Source of the DNA: Candidatus Dojkabacteria bacterium
Lineage (GTDB): Bacteria > Patescibacteriota > Dojkabacteria > SC72
Length of the DNA stretch: 64,000 bases
Reading direction: 5' to 3'
Assembly: GCA_012513575.1 (NCBI GenBank)
Contig: JAAZBX010000001.1
Span: 10,163-74,162 of the forward strand
Shown: in pieces, positions 9,909-20,444 of the stretch
Numbering within the stretch: the stretch's first letter is position 1
Layout of the letters: each line of letters opens with the position of its first letter
Notes under the pieces: generated by a model
What the model was told of the DNA's origin: nothing
Seen by the model: the letters and a program-made list of their open reading frames with translations, nothing else
The model's database searches: none
Made by a program: the position numbers and the translations under genes

Positions 9909-11572
9909 GAGTGTTCCACGCCGGCAAGAGGGTGATTCAAAAGTATGCGGTTCGGTTTGGGGGAGTAGTTCACTATGTAATGGATTACCAAATTATTAAA
10001 TATTCTCTTCTGTATATTTTAGGCAACCAGTTAACAATTTCATATCTGAGAAACATCCCATATGCGAAAATTATAGGGTTTGAGGTTTTAGAGATTTTTC
10101 TTTTTTGCGTTTTTTGTGTCTTGTTTCTATTTTTCATCTTGAGATGGAAGAGTCTCAAGTCAAAAGGTAAGGGATTAAAGGGAGCAAATGAACAAGGTAA
10201 ATTTTTTGTACTATCAAGAAATGCACTAATATTGGTGCTCCTAATCTTCGTGAGAAATTTCTTTTGGATCTCAAGTGAGAGAGAGGTACAGAAAAGCATG
10301 GACAGTTTCACAAACAGTTCCACGGTGTTCGAGGGGTATATTAAAGCCGAGTCGGTAGAGAAGCATACAAGGCAAGAGCTACCCATCCAATTGCTAGAGG
10401 ATATTCGAGTTGGGGAATATGTTATTAAAAAAAATTCGACTTACATCCTCTTAAAGGTCCCATCTTTTTATAAATTTCAGGTTGGACAAGTTTGTAAAAT
10501 TTTTGGTCAATTACTTCCACCTGAAAATTTTGATGATTTTGATTACGTTCGTTATTTGGCAAATCAAAAAATTTATTTCATTGTAGAAAATCCCTCAATT
10601 TCCTGTGATTCAATATCTGAAAGACGTGAAGGAAGCTTTTTAACAAATTTTCTTGTTGATTTGAAGGTCAAATTGATTGAGGATGTAGATAAAGTCTTAA
10701 ATGAGCCACAATCATCTCTGTTAGCTGGGATACTGTTTGGACAAAAGAGGTTGTTTAGTAATGAATTTGATGATGCTACAAGAATAGGGGGTGTTAGCCA
10801 TATCGTAGCCGCTTCTGGGTACAATGTGACAATACTTTCATTGTTAGTTAGCAATATTTTTAGTTTCTTCCCAAAAAAGTATAAATTAATTCTAAGTCTG
10901 ATTGTAATTTGGTTATTTGCAGTTCTCTCGGGGCTCTCCCCATCTATTGTTAGAGCATGCTTAATGAGCAGTATCTCAATTTTTGCACTTCTTTTTGGAA
11001 GAAGTAATTCAATTAATATTCTGTTACCCTTCACAGCGTTTATTTTTGTTTTTCTATCCCCAACGGCTTTATCAAATGTAGGTTTCTTACTCTCAATATC
11101 TGCAGTGTTTGGATTGGTATATATTCTCCCAATACTTGCACAAATTTGTAAACAAATGAAGATAAAGAGGAAATTTGTTGAGAACTACATCCTTCCTACA
11201 TTAAGTTGTACTCTTTCAACTCTTCCAGTATCTGTATTTGTGTTTAAAACCATTACAATTTGGTCTGTTCTAGTAAATGCTCTAATCCTTCCAGTATTAG
11301 AATCAACAATGCTATTTGGCTTTTTGGGGATATTAATTCAATCAGTTCTTCCCCATCTATCATTGCTTTTCTATTCAATAGTTAATACGCAATTAAAATA
11401 TTTTGAGAAAATTGTTCTGTTTATTCAAAAAATTCCTTTTGGTCAATACTTGTTAAGTGATTCAGCTTCAATGATTATTGGAATTTCCCTGCTTTTATTT
11501 GAAGTTTTGTTAATCTTTTACTTCTTTCCTATTAAAAATGAACAGTACAATTACTATCTTAAAAGTAATTAG
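9899..11572 (+). CDS. comEC: ComEC/Rec2 competence channel (OB + competence domain; start may be ~9980)
   Basis: FDYVRYL, SHIVAASGYNV, SPSIVRA, GFLLS; many TMs. Confidence 0.92.
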   Translation: MHLRVFHAGKRVIQKYAVRFGGVVHYVMDYQIIKYSLLYILGNQLTISYLRNIPYAKIIGFEVLEIFLFCVFCVLFLFFILRWKSLKSKGKGLKGANEQGKFFVLSRNALILVLLIFVRNFFWISSEREVQKSMDSFTNSSTVFEGYIKAESVEKHTRQELPIQLLEDIRVGEYVIKKNSTYILLKVPSFYKFQVGQVCKIFGQLLPPENFDDFDYVRYLANQKIYFIVENPSISCDSISERREGSFLTNFLVDLKVKLIEDVDKVLNEPQSSLLAGILFGQKRLFSNEFDDATRIGGVSHIVAASGYNVTILSLLVSNIFSFFPKKYKLILSLIVIWLFAVLSGLSPSIVRACLMSSISIFALLFGRSNSINILLPFTAFIFVFLSPTALSNVGFLLSISAVFGLVYILPILAQICKQMKIKRKFVENYILPTLSCTLSTLPVSVFVFKTITIWSVLVNALILPVLESTMLFGFLGILIQSVLPHLSLLFYSIVNTQLKYFEKIVLFIQKIPFGQYLLSDSASMIIGISLLLFEVLLIFYFFPIKNEQYNYYLKSN

Positions 11573-12380
11573 AAAAATACTGATTAACAATATCTTAAGT
11601 TTCTTCTTTTTCATCTTTGCTCTTGTTTTTGTTGTAGTGTTAAAGAAAAATATTGTAACGGAGTCCCAGATCATTTTTTTGGATGTTGGGCAGGGAGATG
11701 CTATCTTAATACAGCAGGATAATTATCAAATACTTGTAGATGGGGGCCCTGATGATTCAATTATGTACGAATTGGCAAAATTTATGCCTTGGTTTGATAA
11801 AAAGATAGAGAAGCTTGTCTTAACACATCCTCACGATGATCATATTTTGGGTCTTCTAATATTGTTGAGAAAGTACGAGATAAAGGAAATTCTTTATTCT
11901 AAGGTAAAATATCCCAACTTAGCCTATGATTATCTCAAGAATAATTACCAAGAAATTCTTCATGATGTAAAAGCGGGGTACTCATTTAGTTACAATGATA
12001 TTTTCTTTTCGGTACTTTATCCTTTTGATCGAGAATATAAACAGGAAGAAAATTTAAATAATGAGTCTCTAGTTATATTTTTGCATATTAATGGATATAA
12101 AATTTTATTAATGGGAGATGCAGAAGTTGGAGTAGAAGAGAGATTACTTGACTATAATATCTTAAATGGTATTGATATCTTGAAAGTAGGGCATCATTGT
12201 TCGAGAAGTTCTACCTCAGAAAAATTTCTTAGTTTCACACAACCTGAGGTTGCGATTTGTATGTGTGGTGAGGGCAATAGATTTGGACATCCCCACTATG
12301 AAACATTGAAAAAATTAAAAGAAAGGAATGTACAATATTTCATAACATCTCATGAGGGAAATATTAAGTTTTCATTCTGA
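11538..12380 (+). CDS. ComEC-type metallo-beta-lactamase nuclease domain as a separate gene
   Basis: FLDVGQGDA, THPHDDH, MGDAE, KVGHHCS, FGHPH. Confidence 0.92.
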   Translation: MNSTITILKVIRKILINNILSFFFFIFALVFVVVLKKNIVTESQIIFLDVGQGDAILIQQDNYQILVDGGPDDSIMYELAKFMPWFDKKIEKLVLTHPHDDHILGLLILLRKYEIKEILYSKVKYPNLAYDYLKNNYQEILHDVKAGYSFSYNDIFFSVLYPFDREYKQEENLNNESLVIFLHINGYKILLMGDAEVGVEERLLDYNILNGIDILKVGHHCSRSSTSEKFLSFTQPEVAICMCGEGNRFGHPHYETLKKLKERNVQYFITSHEGNIKFSF

Positions 12381-12414
12381 AAAAGCTATCTTTTGTGGTA
12401 AAATTACATATATT

Positions 12415-12488
12415 GTACCTGTAGCTCAATTGGATAGAGCATTAGTTTGCGGAACTAAAGGTTGTCGGTTCGATTCCGACCAGGTACG
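12415..12488 (+). tRNA. tRNA-Arg(GCG)
   Basis: Cloverleaf; TTAGT-TTGCGGA-ACTAA. Confidence 0.92.
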
Positions 12489-12523
12489 TTCTGTTATTTG
12501 TGATAGAATGATAAGTAAGAGAA

Positions 12524-12597
12524 GCACCTGTAGCTTAACTGGATAGAGCATCGGTCTTCGGAACCGAGGGTTGGGGGTTCAACTCCCTCCAGGTGCG
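12524..12597 (+). tRNA. tRNA-Arg(TCG)
   Basis: Cloverleaf; TCGGT-CTTCGGA-ACCGA. Confidence 0.93.
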
Positions 12598-12607
12598 TAT
12601 AAATATT

Positions 12608-14392
12608 ATGAAAAATAGGATTAAAGAAAAAATTAAAGAAGCTTTGATAATGTTACAGATTGATTTGCCAGAGGAAGGAGTTTTTGTTGAAGAGACAAAG
12701 GATATTTCAAAAGGCGATTTTTCTACAAATATTGCAATGAGGTTAGCATCAGTGGAGAAGACTGATCCATTAATTCTTGCAGAAAGAATAGTTAAGTCAC
12801 TTAAAAAGGACAAAGATTTTAAATTAATTGAATTTGTTAAACCTGGTTTTATCAATTTCTTCTTGTCAGATACATATCTTTTAGGTGAAATTGAAAAATA
12901 TGCCAAGCTGGGGGCTGATTATTTTGCTCAAAATATTCAGAAAGGAAGGAATATTGCTATTGAGTTTACCGATGCAAATCCGTTTAAAATCTTCCATATT
13001 GGTCACCTCTATACAAATGCTGTTGGGGAATCAATTTCAAGGATGCAGGAGTCACTTGGGGCCTCTGTAAAGAGGGTAACATATCAGGGAGATGTAGGGC
13101 TTCATGTATCTAAAACTATGTGGGGAGTTGAGGAACAATTAAAAAAAGAGGGAAAGAACTTTTCTGACATCGAAAAGCTTGATTTGGAGGAAAGAGTGGC
13201 CTGGCTTGGCAGTTGTTATATCCTGGGTGCTGAAATGTACGATTATTCCAAAGAGAGTAAGGCAATTGAAGAGATTAATGAAATTAATTATTATATTTAC
13301 TATCTAACAAATCCCAGTCTAGAAAAGAAAGATTTCTCAAAATTTGAAGAGGTTAATATAAAGGAAAAATATACAAAAGGTCGTCTTTGGTGTCTTGAGT
13401 ATTTTGAGAAAATCTACTCTGTTCTTGGGACAAAATTTGATAATTATTTCTTCGAAAGTGAAGTTAGTGAAATGGGTTTAGAGATTGTTAAAAAAAATAC
13501 AGGAGAAATATTTAAAAAAGATGCTGGATCGGTGATATATGAAGGTGAAAAGGAAAAAGGTTTGCATACGAGAGTATTTATAAATAAGTATGGATTGCCA
13601 ACCTATGAGACAAAAGAGATAGGGCTTGCTCTAAAGAAAGAAGAGCTCCTAAGGTCAGATGAGTCGATTATTATTACTGCCAATGAGCAGAGCTCATATT
13701 TTAAAGTAATAATGGATGTTCTTTCGAAATTAAATCCTGAAATTGCTTACAAAACGAAACATTTTTCCCATGGTGTGATTCGTTTGCCTAACGCTCAAAA
13801 AATGTCTAGCAGAAGAGGCGGGGTCATAAGTGGAGAGTGGCTATTTTCGGAAACAAAAAGAAAAGTGTTGAGTATTATGAGTAATTCAGATGAATTAGAG
13901 CCCGAATTGGTTGATGAGATCAGTGATAAGATTGCTATTGCGGCAATTAAGTATGCTTTCCTAAAGGTAACTATCGGAAGTGATATCGTTTTTGACTTTG
14001 ACAAAGCTATTTCATTTGATGGGGATACTGGACCATATATTCAATATGTATATGCTCGGGCCAACTCACTAATAAAAGAGTTCGGAACTGGAGACTCTCA
14101 AAATATTTGCCTGGGTTCATGTCTTGCAAACCCCTTTGTAGAAAGACTGGTAAGGACCCTTAGCAAATACAGGGTGGCAATGCTTGATAGCGCTTTGACA
14201 TATTCCCCCTCAACACTTTGCCAATATCTTTTTGATCTTAGCCAATCATTTAATGCCTTTTATCAAAATGTGAGATTATCTGAGATGTCAGAAGACGACA
14301 GAGGGGTTTATCTTGTTATCATAAGGGCAGTATTAAATGTTCTTCAAAGTGGGCTCTTTAATCTTGGGATTCCAATTGTTGAAAAAATGTAA
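12608..14392 (+). CDS. argS: arginyl-tRNA synthetase (ATG 12608; the track start at 12593 overlaps the tRNA)
   Basis: GDFSTN, NPFKIFHIGH, KMSSRRG, GDTGPYIQY. Confidence 0.97.
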   Translation: MKNRIKEKIKEALIMLQIDLPEEGVFVEETKDISKGDFSTNIAMRLASVEKTDPLILAERIVKSLKKDKDFKLIEFVKPGFINFFLSDTYLLGEIEKYAKLGADYFAQNIQKGRNIAIEFTDANPFKIFHIGHLYTNAVGESISRMQESLGASVKRVTYQGDVGLHVSKTMWGVEEQLKKEGKNFSDIEKLDLEERVAWLGSCYILGAEMYDYSKESKAIEEINEINYYIYYLTNPSLEKKDFSKFEEVNIKEKYTKGRLWCLEYFEKIYSVLGTKFDNYFFESEVSEMGLEIVKKNTGEIFKKDAGSVIYEGEKEKGLHTRVFINKYGLPTYETKEIGLALKKEELLRSDESIIITANEQSSYFKVIMDVLSKLNPEIAYKTKHFSHGVIRLPNAQKMSSRRGGVISGEWLFSETKRKVLSIMSNSDELEPELVDEISDKIAIAAIKYAFLKVTIGSDIVFDFDKAISFDGDTGPYIQYVYARANSLIKEFGTGDSQNICLGSCLANPFVERLVRTLSKYRVAMLDSALTYSPSTLCQYLFDLSQSFNAFYQNVRLSEMSEDDRGVYLVIIRAVLNVLQSGLFNLGIPIVEKM

Positions 14393-14414
14393 TTAATATA
14401 ACTTATTTAATAAT

Positions 14415-14639
14415 ATGTCAGAGCAAGTAAAAAAGAACTCGTTTTTAAAGAATAACTGGCTTTTGATAATTGCCCTTATTTATCTTTTTCTTCCAATTGA
14501 TTTGATCCCTGATGCTTTACCAGTTTTAGGTACTCTAGATGATTCCTTTTTGATTATTATCAATTTAATTCAAAAATACCTTGCTTGGAAAGAGCAAGGT
14601 CAAAGAAGTGATATAAAAGAGCGCGAAATTGTCGAATAG
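14415..14639 (+). CDS. DUF1232/YkvA-family small membrane protein
   Basis: YLFLPIDLIPDALPVLGTLDD signature. Confidence 0.88.
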   Translation: MSEQVKKNSFLKNNWLLIIALIYLFLPIDLIPDALPVLGTLDDSFLIIINLIQKYLAWKEQGQRSDIKEREIVE

Positions 14640-14647
14640 TAAATATT

Positions 14648-14721
14648 CGGGGTGTAGTTCAGATGGCTAGAACGCTACGTTCGGGACGTAGAGGTCGTCC
14701 GTTCAAGTCGGATCACCCCGA
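14648..14721 (+). tRNA. tRNA-Pro(CGG)
   Basis: CGGGGTG acceptor; CTACG-TTCGGGA-CGTAG. Confidence 0.94.
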
Positions 14722-14735
14722 TGTATGAAATTAAT

Positions 14736-15356
14736 ATGAAAGAGAAACCCAAAGTAACAAAAAAAGAGCTTTTGAAAGCAATGGATGAAATAAGGAATTC
14801 GAACAGAATCAAGAAGGCCATTGCAGTAGCACAAAAAGCTCACAAGATTCAATTGAGAGATGGTGGTGGGAATTATCTCACTGAGCATATTTATTATTTA
14901 ACATCTCTTATATATTCTGATTATAAAAATGATCCTCGCATTGAAGACTTAGTGATCGTTTCTCTTCTTCACGATTCGGTAGAGGATGGAGGGATTTCTC
15001 TTCTAGAAATCAGAAAGATTTTTGGAGAAAGAGTTTCAGAAATAATAGAGTTGCTCTCAAAGCAAAACGACAAGGAAGTTAAAACCCAAGAAGAGAAATA
15101 TATTATTAATCAAAATTACTTGTTAAGCCTATCTTCTGACAATGAGGCGGTACTTGTAAAACTGTATGATCGTTTAGCTAATATTAATTGTATTAGTGAG
15201 GAGAGTATTTCACTAAAACCTGATAAGTATAGGAGGTATCTACTCGAGACAAAAAATCTTTTTATTCCTCTCGCAAAAAAATACAAACTCTCTAAACTTC
15301 TTTCAAAATATGAGAGTGAAGTGGATAGGATAGAGGAGCTTTTCAATAGAATATAG
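14736..15356 (+). CDS. stand-alone RelA/SpoT-type HD hydrolase (small alarmone hydrolase / Mesh1-like); alternative start 14721
   Basis: AH..QLR..G..Y..H, LLHDSVED, VKLYDRLAN; no synthetase domain. Confidence 0.85.
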   Translation: MKEKPKVTKKELLKAMDEIRNSNRIKKAIAVAQKAHKIQLRDGGGNYLTEHIYYLTSLIYSDYKNDPRIEDLVIVSLLHDSVEDGGISLLEIRKIFGERVSEIIELLSKQNDKEVKTQEEKYIINQNYLLSLSSDNEAVLVKLYDRLANINCISEESISLKPDKYRRYLLETKNLFIPLAKKYKLSKLLSKYESEVDRIEELFNRI

Positions 15357-15786
15357 CAGAACCTGTAGTTGTATTCTCAATTTTGGTTATCTTATTTTTA
15401 AAAGAGATAGCCAGGGAAACCTTTTAATGCTTTTTGTAGATTTGTTGACAATAGGATAGGAAGGAAAAGGAATAAACTAAAATTTTTTTATTCATGCTAT
15501 TGGACTTAATTCCCTAAGAAATAATTTTAAGAATTTGACAGTGAAACATAAATAATTTTGGAATCTGCCATGTCTTCAATTTTGAATAAAATAAGAATAC
15601 TAAAAAAACTTAATTTTGTTCATAAAAATTTTTTAGCATATTTTTCTTTATGAAAGCGTATTTTATTTTTGCGACAAAAAAGTATACATAGCAAATTTTG
15701 AACTTCAAACGAATTGATGAGTTGAAAAAGACAAATGTTTCACTCAAGTTTATTCATCCTAGAGAATACGATTGCCTAAAAGCGGT

Positions 15787-18654
15787 CTATTTGAGACCCT
15801 TTTTCGACTCGAGATGCCTCTTAAGAAATTGTCCGGTATAACAATGTTTTGTATTAATAATATCGGAGACAGTTCCTTGCGCAACTATATATCCTCCAGC
15901 ATCCCCACCCTCTGGTCCCAGATCGATAATCCAATCTGAGTTGGAAATAACATCCATATTATGTTCGACGACTATAACTGTATTCCCCTTATCAACCAAC
16001 TCCCTAAGAATTGTAAGAAGTTTATCTACATCATAATAGTGGAGTCCTGTAGTCGGCTCGTCTAGTATATATAAAGTACGACCAGTAGAAATTTTGGATA
16101 ACTCTTTTGCCAATTTCACTCTTTGAGATTCACCTCCAGAGAGAGTGAGTGCAGATTGGCCAAGTTCTATATATCCAAGGCCAACTTTATTTAATGTGCC
16201 AAGCTTTCTTGATATTTGAGGGAAGTTTTTAAAGAAGGATAAAGCTTCTTCTACAGTCATATTTAGTACATCGGAGATGTTTTTGCCTTTGAAATCTACC
16301 TGAAGTACCTCGGAATTGTACCTTGTTCCGCCACAAAGATCACATTTGATATAAATATCAGGTAAAAATTGCATTTCAACTTTTATCTGTCCCTCACCCT
16401 TACATTTTTCACATCTTCCACCTTTAACATTAAAACTAAATCTTCCGGATTTATATCCTCTTGCTTTCGCCTCGTTAGAATTAGAAAAAATTTCTCTAAT
16501 GTTGTCGAACACACCAATGTAAGTAGCAGGGTTTGAGCGAGGAGTGCGGCCTATAGGGGACTGGTCAATGCTGATAACTTTGTTGAGCTTTTCAACACCT
16601 AAGATGTCTTCAAATTTACCCTCGAGTCTCTTTCCTTTCATGATTCTATTTGTTAAGACAGGGACCAGAGTGTTTTCTATCAGGGACGACTTCCCACTGC
16701 CAGAAACACCTGTTATTGAAATAAGGCGATTTAATGGGAAATTTACATTGATATTTTTTAAGTTATTCGTTTTGACTGATTCTAGTGTCAAAAATTCTTT
16801 TGGTTGTGAAAAATTGGGATGCTTTAGACTTTGGCCCACAATTAGAGAATTGTTTAAATACTTAGCGGTTAAAGTATCCGTGTGCTTGATTTGTTCCAAG
16901 GTCCCTTCAAAGGTTAGTTCTCCCCCATGTTTTCCAGCAAAAGGACCTATATCAACAATCCAGTCTGCCTGGCTTATAGTGTCTTGGTCGTGCTCAACAA
17001 TGATTAGTGAATTTCCAGCATCCCTAAGTTCTTTAAGAGATTTTGTTAACTTCGATATGTCTCTTGCATGTAGTCCAATTGAAGGTTCATCCAATACATA
17101 TACTACTCCTGACAATCCTGTCCCTATTTGTGAAGCCAAGCGAATTCTTTGTGACTCTCCGCCCGAAAGTGTATTAGCTTTTCTAGCAAGAGTTAAATAA
17201 TCCAACCCTACATTAACCAAGAAATTCAATCTTGTATTCATTTCCTTAATGATTGGTTCCGAAATCTTTGCTTTGTTTTCCTTAAGATTAAGATTGTTAA
17301 TAAATTTTATACTTTCTTTTATCGTCATTTCAGTAACATCGACAATATTTTTATCCATAATTCGGACAGATAGGGAATAAGGTTTTAGTCGTTTACCACC
17401 GCATACAGGGCAAATTGATTCGGACATGTACTTTTCTATTTCGGATTTGTAAAAATTTGAAGAACTTTCTTTATATTTTCTTTTTAGTTCTGGTATTACT
17501 CCTTCGTATTTAGTTAAGTGATTGTTTGTTATTCCGAATCTGTTTGTATATTCAATTTTGTAATAATCCTTCGCTCCTTCACCGTAGAAAATAAGATTAA
17601 AGATCTTCTGAGAATAGTTTCCAATTGGGGTAGTTAAATTAAAACCGTGTATTCTTGCCACTTCGTTAAGTATCCTAGTTGTCCAACTATCCTTTGAAAC
17701 TCTATTGGACCAAGGGAAAATGCCACCTTCTTTAATTGTTAGTTTAGGATTGTAGATTAGATTAATATCAATCTCTTGTAAGAATCCTAACCCTGAACAA
17801 TTTTCACAAGCACCCTCTGGAGCATTAAAAGAAAAGGAGAGGGGAGTGATCTTGGGATATGATATTCCACATTTGTTACAGGTATTTCCTTCTGAGAAAA
17901 GTAAATCTTCATCTCCAATCTTCACTTTTACTTCTCCTTGTGACTGAAGTATTGCCAATTCAATATCATCCGTAATCCTTTTTTTGAAATCTTTGCCCTC
18001 TTTATCTTCCGGTGAAAACCTGTCAATTACTAGGTCGATGTTGTGCTTCTTGTTTTCATCGATACTGAGGTCTTCTATATCATCTAGAAGGTAGATTTCG
18101 TTGTCAATTATTACTCTTAGGAAGCCCTTGGATAACAATTTGCTTAGAAGAGATTTGAATTCTCCCTTGCGGTTTTTTATTAAGGGTGAAACAATGGTAA
18201 CATTTTTCGTGGAACTTTGTATGGCTTTTAATACCTTGCGTGTAATTTCTTCAATCGTTTGAGATTCTATTGGGATATTACACTGTGGACAGTAAGGCTG
18301 TCCCACATATCCAAAGAGTAGCCTTAAGTAATTATATATCTCAGTAATTGTTCCAACTGTTGAACGTGGATTACTACCGGTTGTTTTTTGATCGATAGAA
18401 ATTGCAGGAGAAAGCCCAGTGATGGATTCTACGTCAGGTTTCTTCATTATTCCTAGAAATTGCCTAGCATACGAGGAGAGTGATTCAACATATCTTCTTT
18501 GTCCTTCCGCATAGATGGTGTCAAATGCTAAAGAGGTCTTTCCACAGCCTGAGACCCCTGTTAGAACAACCATTTTATTCTTAGGTATGTCTACCGAAAT
18601 ATTTTTTAAATTGTTCTCTTTTGCACCTCTGATTTTTATATATTCAGTTTTCAT
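15787..18654 (-). CDS. uvrA: excinuclease ABC subunit A
   Basis: Two ABC ATPase domains (GVSGCGKT, GVSGSGKS, LSGGESQR x2), zinc fingers. Confidence 0.98.
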   Translation of the reverse strand: MKTEYIKIRGAKENNLKNISVDIPKNKMVVLTGVSGCGKTSLAFDTIYAEGQRRYVESLSSYARQFLGIMKKPDVESITGLSPAISIDQKTTGSNPRSTVGTITEIYNYLRLLFGYVGQPYCPQCNIPIESQTIEEITRKVLKAIQSSTKNVTIVSPLIKNRKGEFKSLLSKLLSKGFLRVIIDNEIYLLDDIEDLSIDENKKHNIDLVIDRFSPEDKEGKDFKKRITDDIELAILQSQGEVKVKIGDEDLLFSEGNTCNKCGISYPKITPLSFSFNAPEGACENCSGLGFLQEIDINLIYNPKLTIKEGGIFPWSNRVSKDSWTTRILNEVARIHGFNLTTPIGNYSQKIFNLIFYGEGAKDYYKIEYTNRFGITNNHLTKYEGVIPELKRKYKESSSNFYKSEIEKYMSESICPVCGGKRLKPYSLSVRIMDKNIVDVTEMTIKESIKFINNLNLKENKAKISEPIIKEMNTRLNFLVNVGLDYLTLARKANTLSGGESQRIRLASQIGTGLSGVVYVLDEPSIGLHARDISKLTKSLKELRDAGNSLIIVEHDQDTISQADWIVDIGPFAGKHGGELTFEGTLEQIKHTDTLTAKYLNNSLIVGQSLKHPNFSQPKEFLTLESVKTNNLKNINVNFPLNRLISITGVSGSGKSSLIENTLVPVLTNRIMKGKRLEGKFEDILGVEKLNKVISIDQSPIGRTPRSNPATYIGVFDNIREIFSNSNEAKARGYKSGRFSFNVKGGRCEKCKGEGQIKVEMQFLPDIYIKCDLCGGTRYNSEVLQVDFKGKNISDVLNMTVEEALSFFKNFPQISRKLGTLNKVGLGYIELGQSALTLSGGESQRVKLAKELSKISTGRTLYILDEPTTGLHYYDVDKLLTILRELVDKGNTVIVVEHNMDVISNSDWIIDLGPEGGDAGGYIVAQGTVSDIINTKHCYTGQFLKRHLESKKGLK

Positions 18655-18768
18655 TCAATCTTAATTATACCATGTAAGGGCAAGTAATTACGACCTGTAG
18701 TACTCCAGGTGGGTAGTGTAAAACCAGAGACAAATTGGTATAATTGGTGGTGTGATAAAGCGAGATAT

Positions 18769-18843
18769 GCACCCGTAGCTCAATTTGGATAGAGCAACAC
18801 ACTCCTAACGTGTAGGTTGTTGGTTCAATTCCGACCGGGTGCG
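18769..18843 (+). tRNA. tRNA-Arg(CCT)
   Basis: Cloverleaf; loop CTCCTAA; A31-C39 mismatch. Confidence 0.9.
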
Positions 18844-18851
18844 CTTTCCTA

Positions 18852-20393
18852 CTACTGTAATCTATATTCGTTAATATTAAAGAAACCTTGTTCGTCTTTT
18901 TCTAGTGTAACAATATTCTCTCTTGAATATTTGATTGTGTAATAGAGCATTTTGTCTGTAGGAATAGTTTTAACAGTGTTGTCACCATCCATTTCAGAAA
19001 TAGTAATGTAGTTATCTTTGATATATGAAAGATGCTTAGAATTCTTAACCCATCTGGGGAAATGTTCGGATTTTAATCCTGGAATATTAATTAATCCTAT
19101 TTCTTCTGTAGGATCTAACGTTTCTTTCTCAAAAGTAAATACAGAAGTGTTCTCCTTTGAACCGATAAGTAATCTCCTATTATCTGTTGATGTGGAAAGT
19201 AGTATTGATGGGAAATGAGAGATTGCCAAATATTTAGCATCAGGAATACTGTACCAGTATGATGCTACAGTGGTAGATAAAAATATTCCCTTCGCCTGCT
19301 TATTTATATATATGTAATCGATTTTCCCAACAGTTTGAGTGTTTTCGGGAGAATTCGTAAAGGGAACAAAGGGGTTTGTTTGAGCTCTGTAATATTCAAT
19401 ATATTTTTCATCTTTTTGCAAATAGACAGTTTTTAACAAAGAATCTTCATTCACTCCGTCTAAAGAAATACCTTCAATAGAGTAAGAGTAAACAGATGAA
19501 TTATCAATGGAATTATCTTTTAGATAGTAAAGATAACCATCCTCGGTAGTTGTCCAGATCTTTTTGGATTGGTCACTTTGGTTATTGATTTCATTCGTAA
19601 GTAATGTGTACATTAATCTATCAGTAATATTGTAGGAGAGAAGCTGAGTAGGAGATTCAAAAAGGATATGCTTATTGTCTTGTGCCCAGGATATTGTAAA
19701 GCCTTCAAGTTTTGAGAGGTCAATCTTATTATTTATACTCGGTACAAAGGCAGTTGATGTATTCATTAAATATGAGGAATTTCCGCTTTCCGTTTTTGTG
19801 GTTAAAAGAGCATATTCTCCATTAGGAGACTGCATTAGTGAGAGGGTGGAGTCAGAGGTTTCCCAAATCTTCATTGGATTATTCAATATCTCCCATAGAG
19901 AGCTTTCAATTTTATACTTCCATAAGGAATGTTTTTCAGCATTCTCTTTTAGTAGGACCAATACAACATCATTATTCTTATTTATCCAGTAATTAACAAA
20001 TTCTTTTTGTGGATTCCATATGGTATATTTCTTGTTGTCTGAAAGGAGAAGCCAAGGGGTAAGTATAGTTGTTGTCTCCTCTGGGATATTTATGATTTTA
20101 TTCCATAAATGGTAACCCTCTTTCTCAATTTTCACATCATGTACTCCATACTCGAGTACTTTGCTTTTGGGTGTTTTTCCTAAATTTTCATCATCAATAT
20201 ATATTGTTGCATTGGAAGGGTAGGTCTTTACTGTGAGAGCACCTGTTTTAGTAATTTTTTGATCTGTAAGATTGACCCTATAGCCTTTTGCGAGGAGGAA
20301 AAGGATAAACGCAAATGAAAAGACCAAAATTGAAAATAAAGTTGGAATAACTGCTGGGGTTGAATATTTTTGAGGTTTCTTTTCTTTTACCAT
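18852..20393 (-). CDS. membrane-anchored PEGA-domain protein with probable beta-propeller
   Basis: TM then GALTVKTYPSNATIYID...GVHDVKIEKEGY. Confidence 0.8.
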   Translation of the reverse strand: MVKEKKPQKYSTPAVIPTLFSILVFSFAFILFLLAKGYRVNLTDQKITKTGALTVKTYPSNATIYIDDENLGKTPKSKVLEYGVHDVKIEKEGYHLWNKIINIPEETTTILTPWLLLSDNKKYTIWNPQKEFVNYWINKNNDVVLVLLKENAEKHSLWKYKIESSLWEILNNPMKIWETSDSTLSLMQSPNGEYALLTTKTESGNSSYLMNTSTAFVPSINNKIDLSKLEGFTISWAQDNKHILFESPTQLLSYNITDRLMYTLLTNEINNQSDQSKKIWTTTEDGYLYYLKDNSIDNSSVYSYSIEGISLDGVNEDSLLKTVYLQKDEKYIEYYRAQTNPFVPFTNSPENTQTVGKIDYIYINKQAKGIFLSTTVASYWYSIPDAKYLAISHFPSILLSTSTDNRRLLIGSKENTSVFTFEKETLDPTEEIGLINIPGLKSEHFPRWVKNSKHLSYIKDNYITISEMDGDNTVKTIPTDKMLYYTIKYSRENIVTLEKDEQGFFNINEYRLQ

Positions 20394-20444
20394 TTAGTGT
20401 ATAGAGTATAGCATAATAGCCAATAAGTTGTTAGAATACTTGTT

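Noticed and set aside
15357-15786. Possible oriC or terminus in the AT-rich gap
   Set aside because: No TTATCCACA boxes or dif-like site found, no dnaA nearby, and no evident strand-bias switch by eye.
15361-18701. ACCTGTAGT direct repeats flanking uvrA as att sites or target duplication
   Set aside because: Only 9 bp; similar words occur in tRNA 5' ends and elsewhere; no recombinase.
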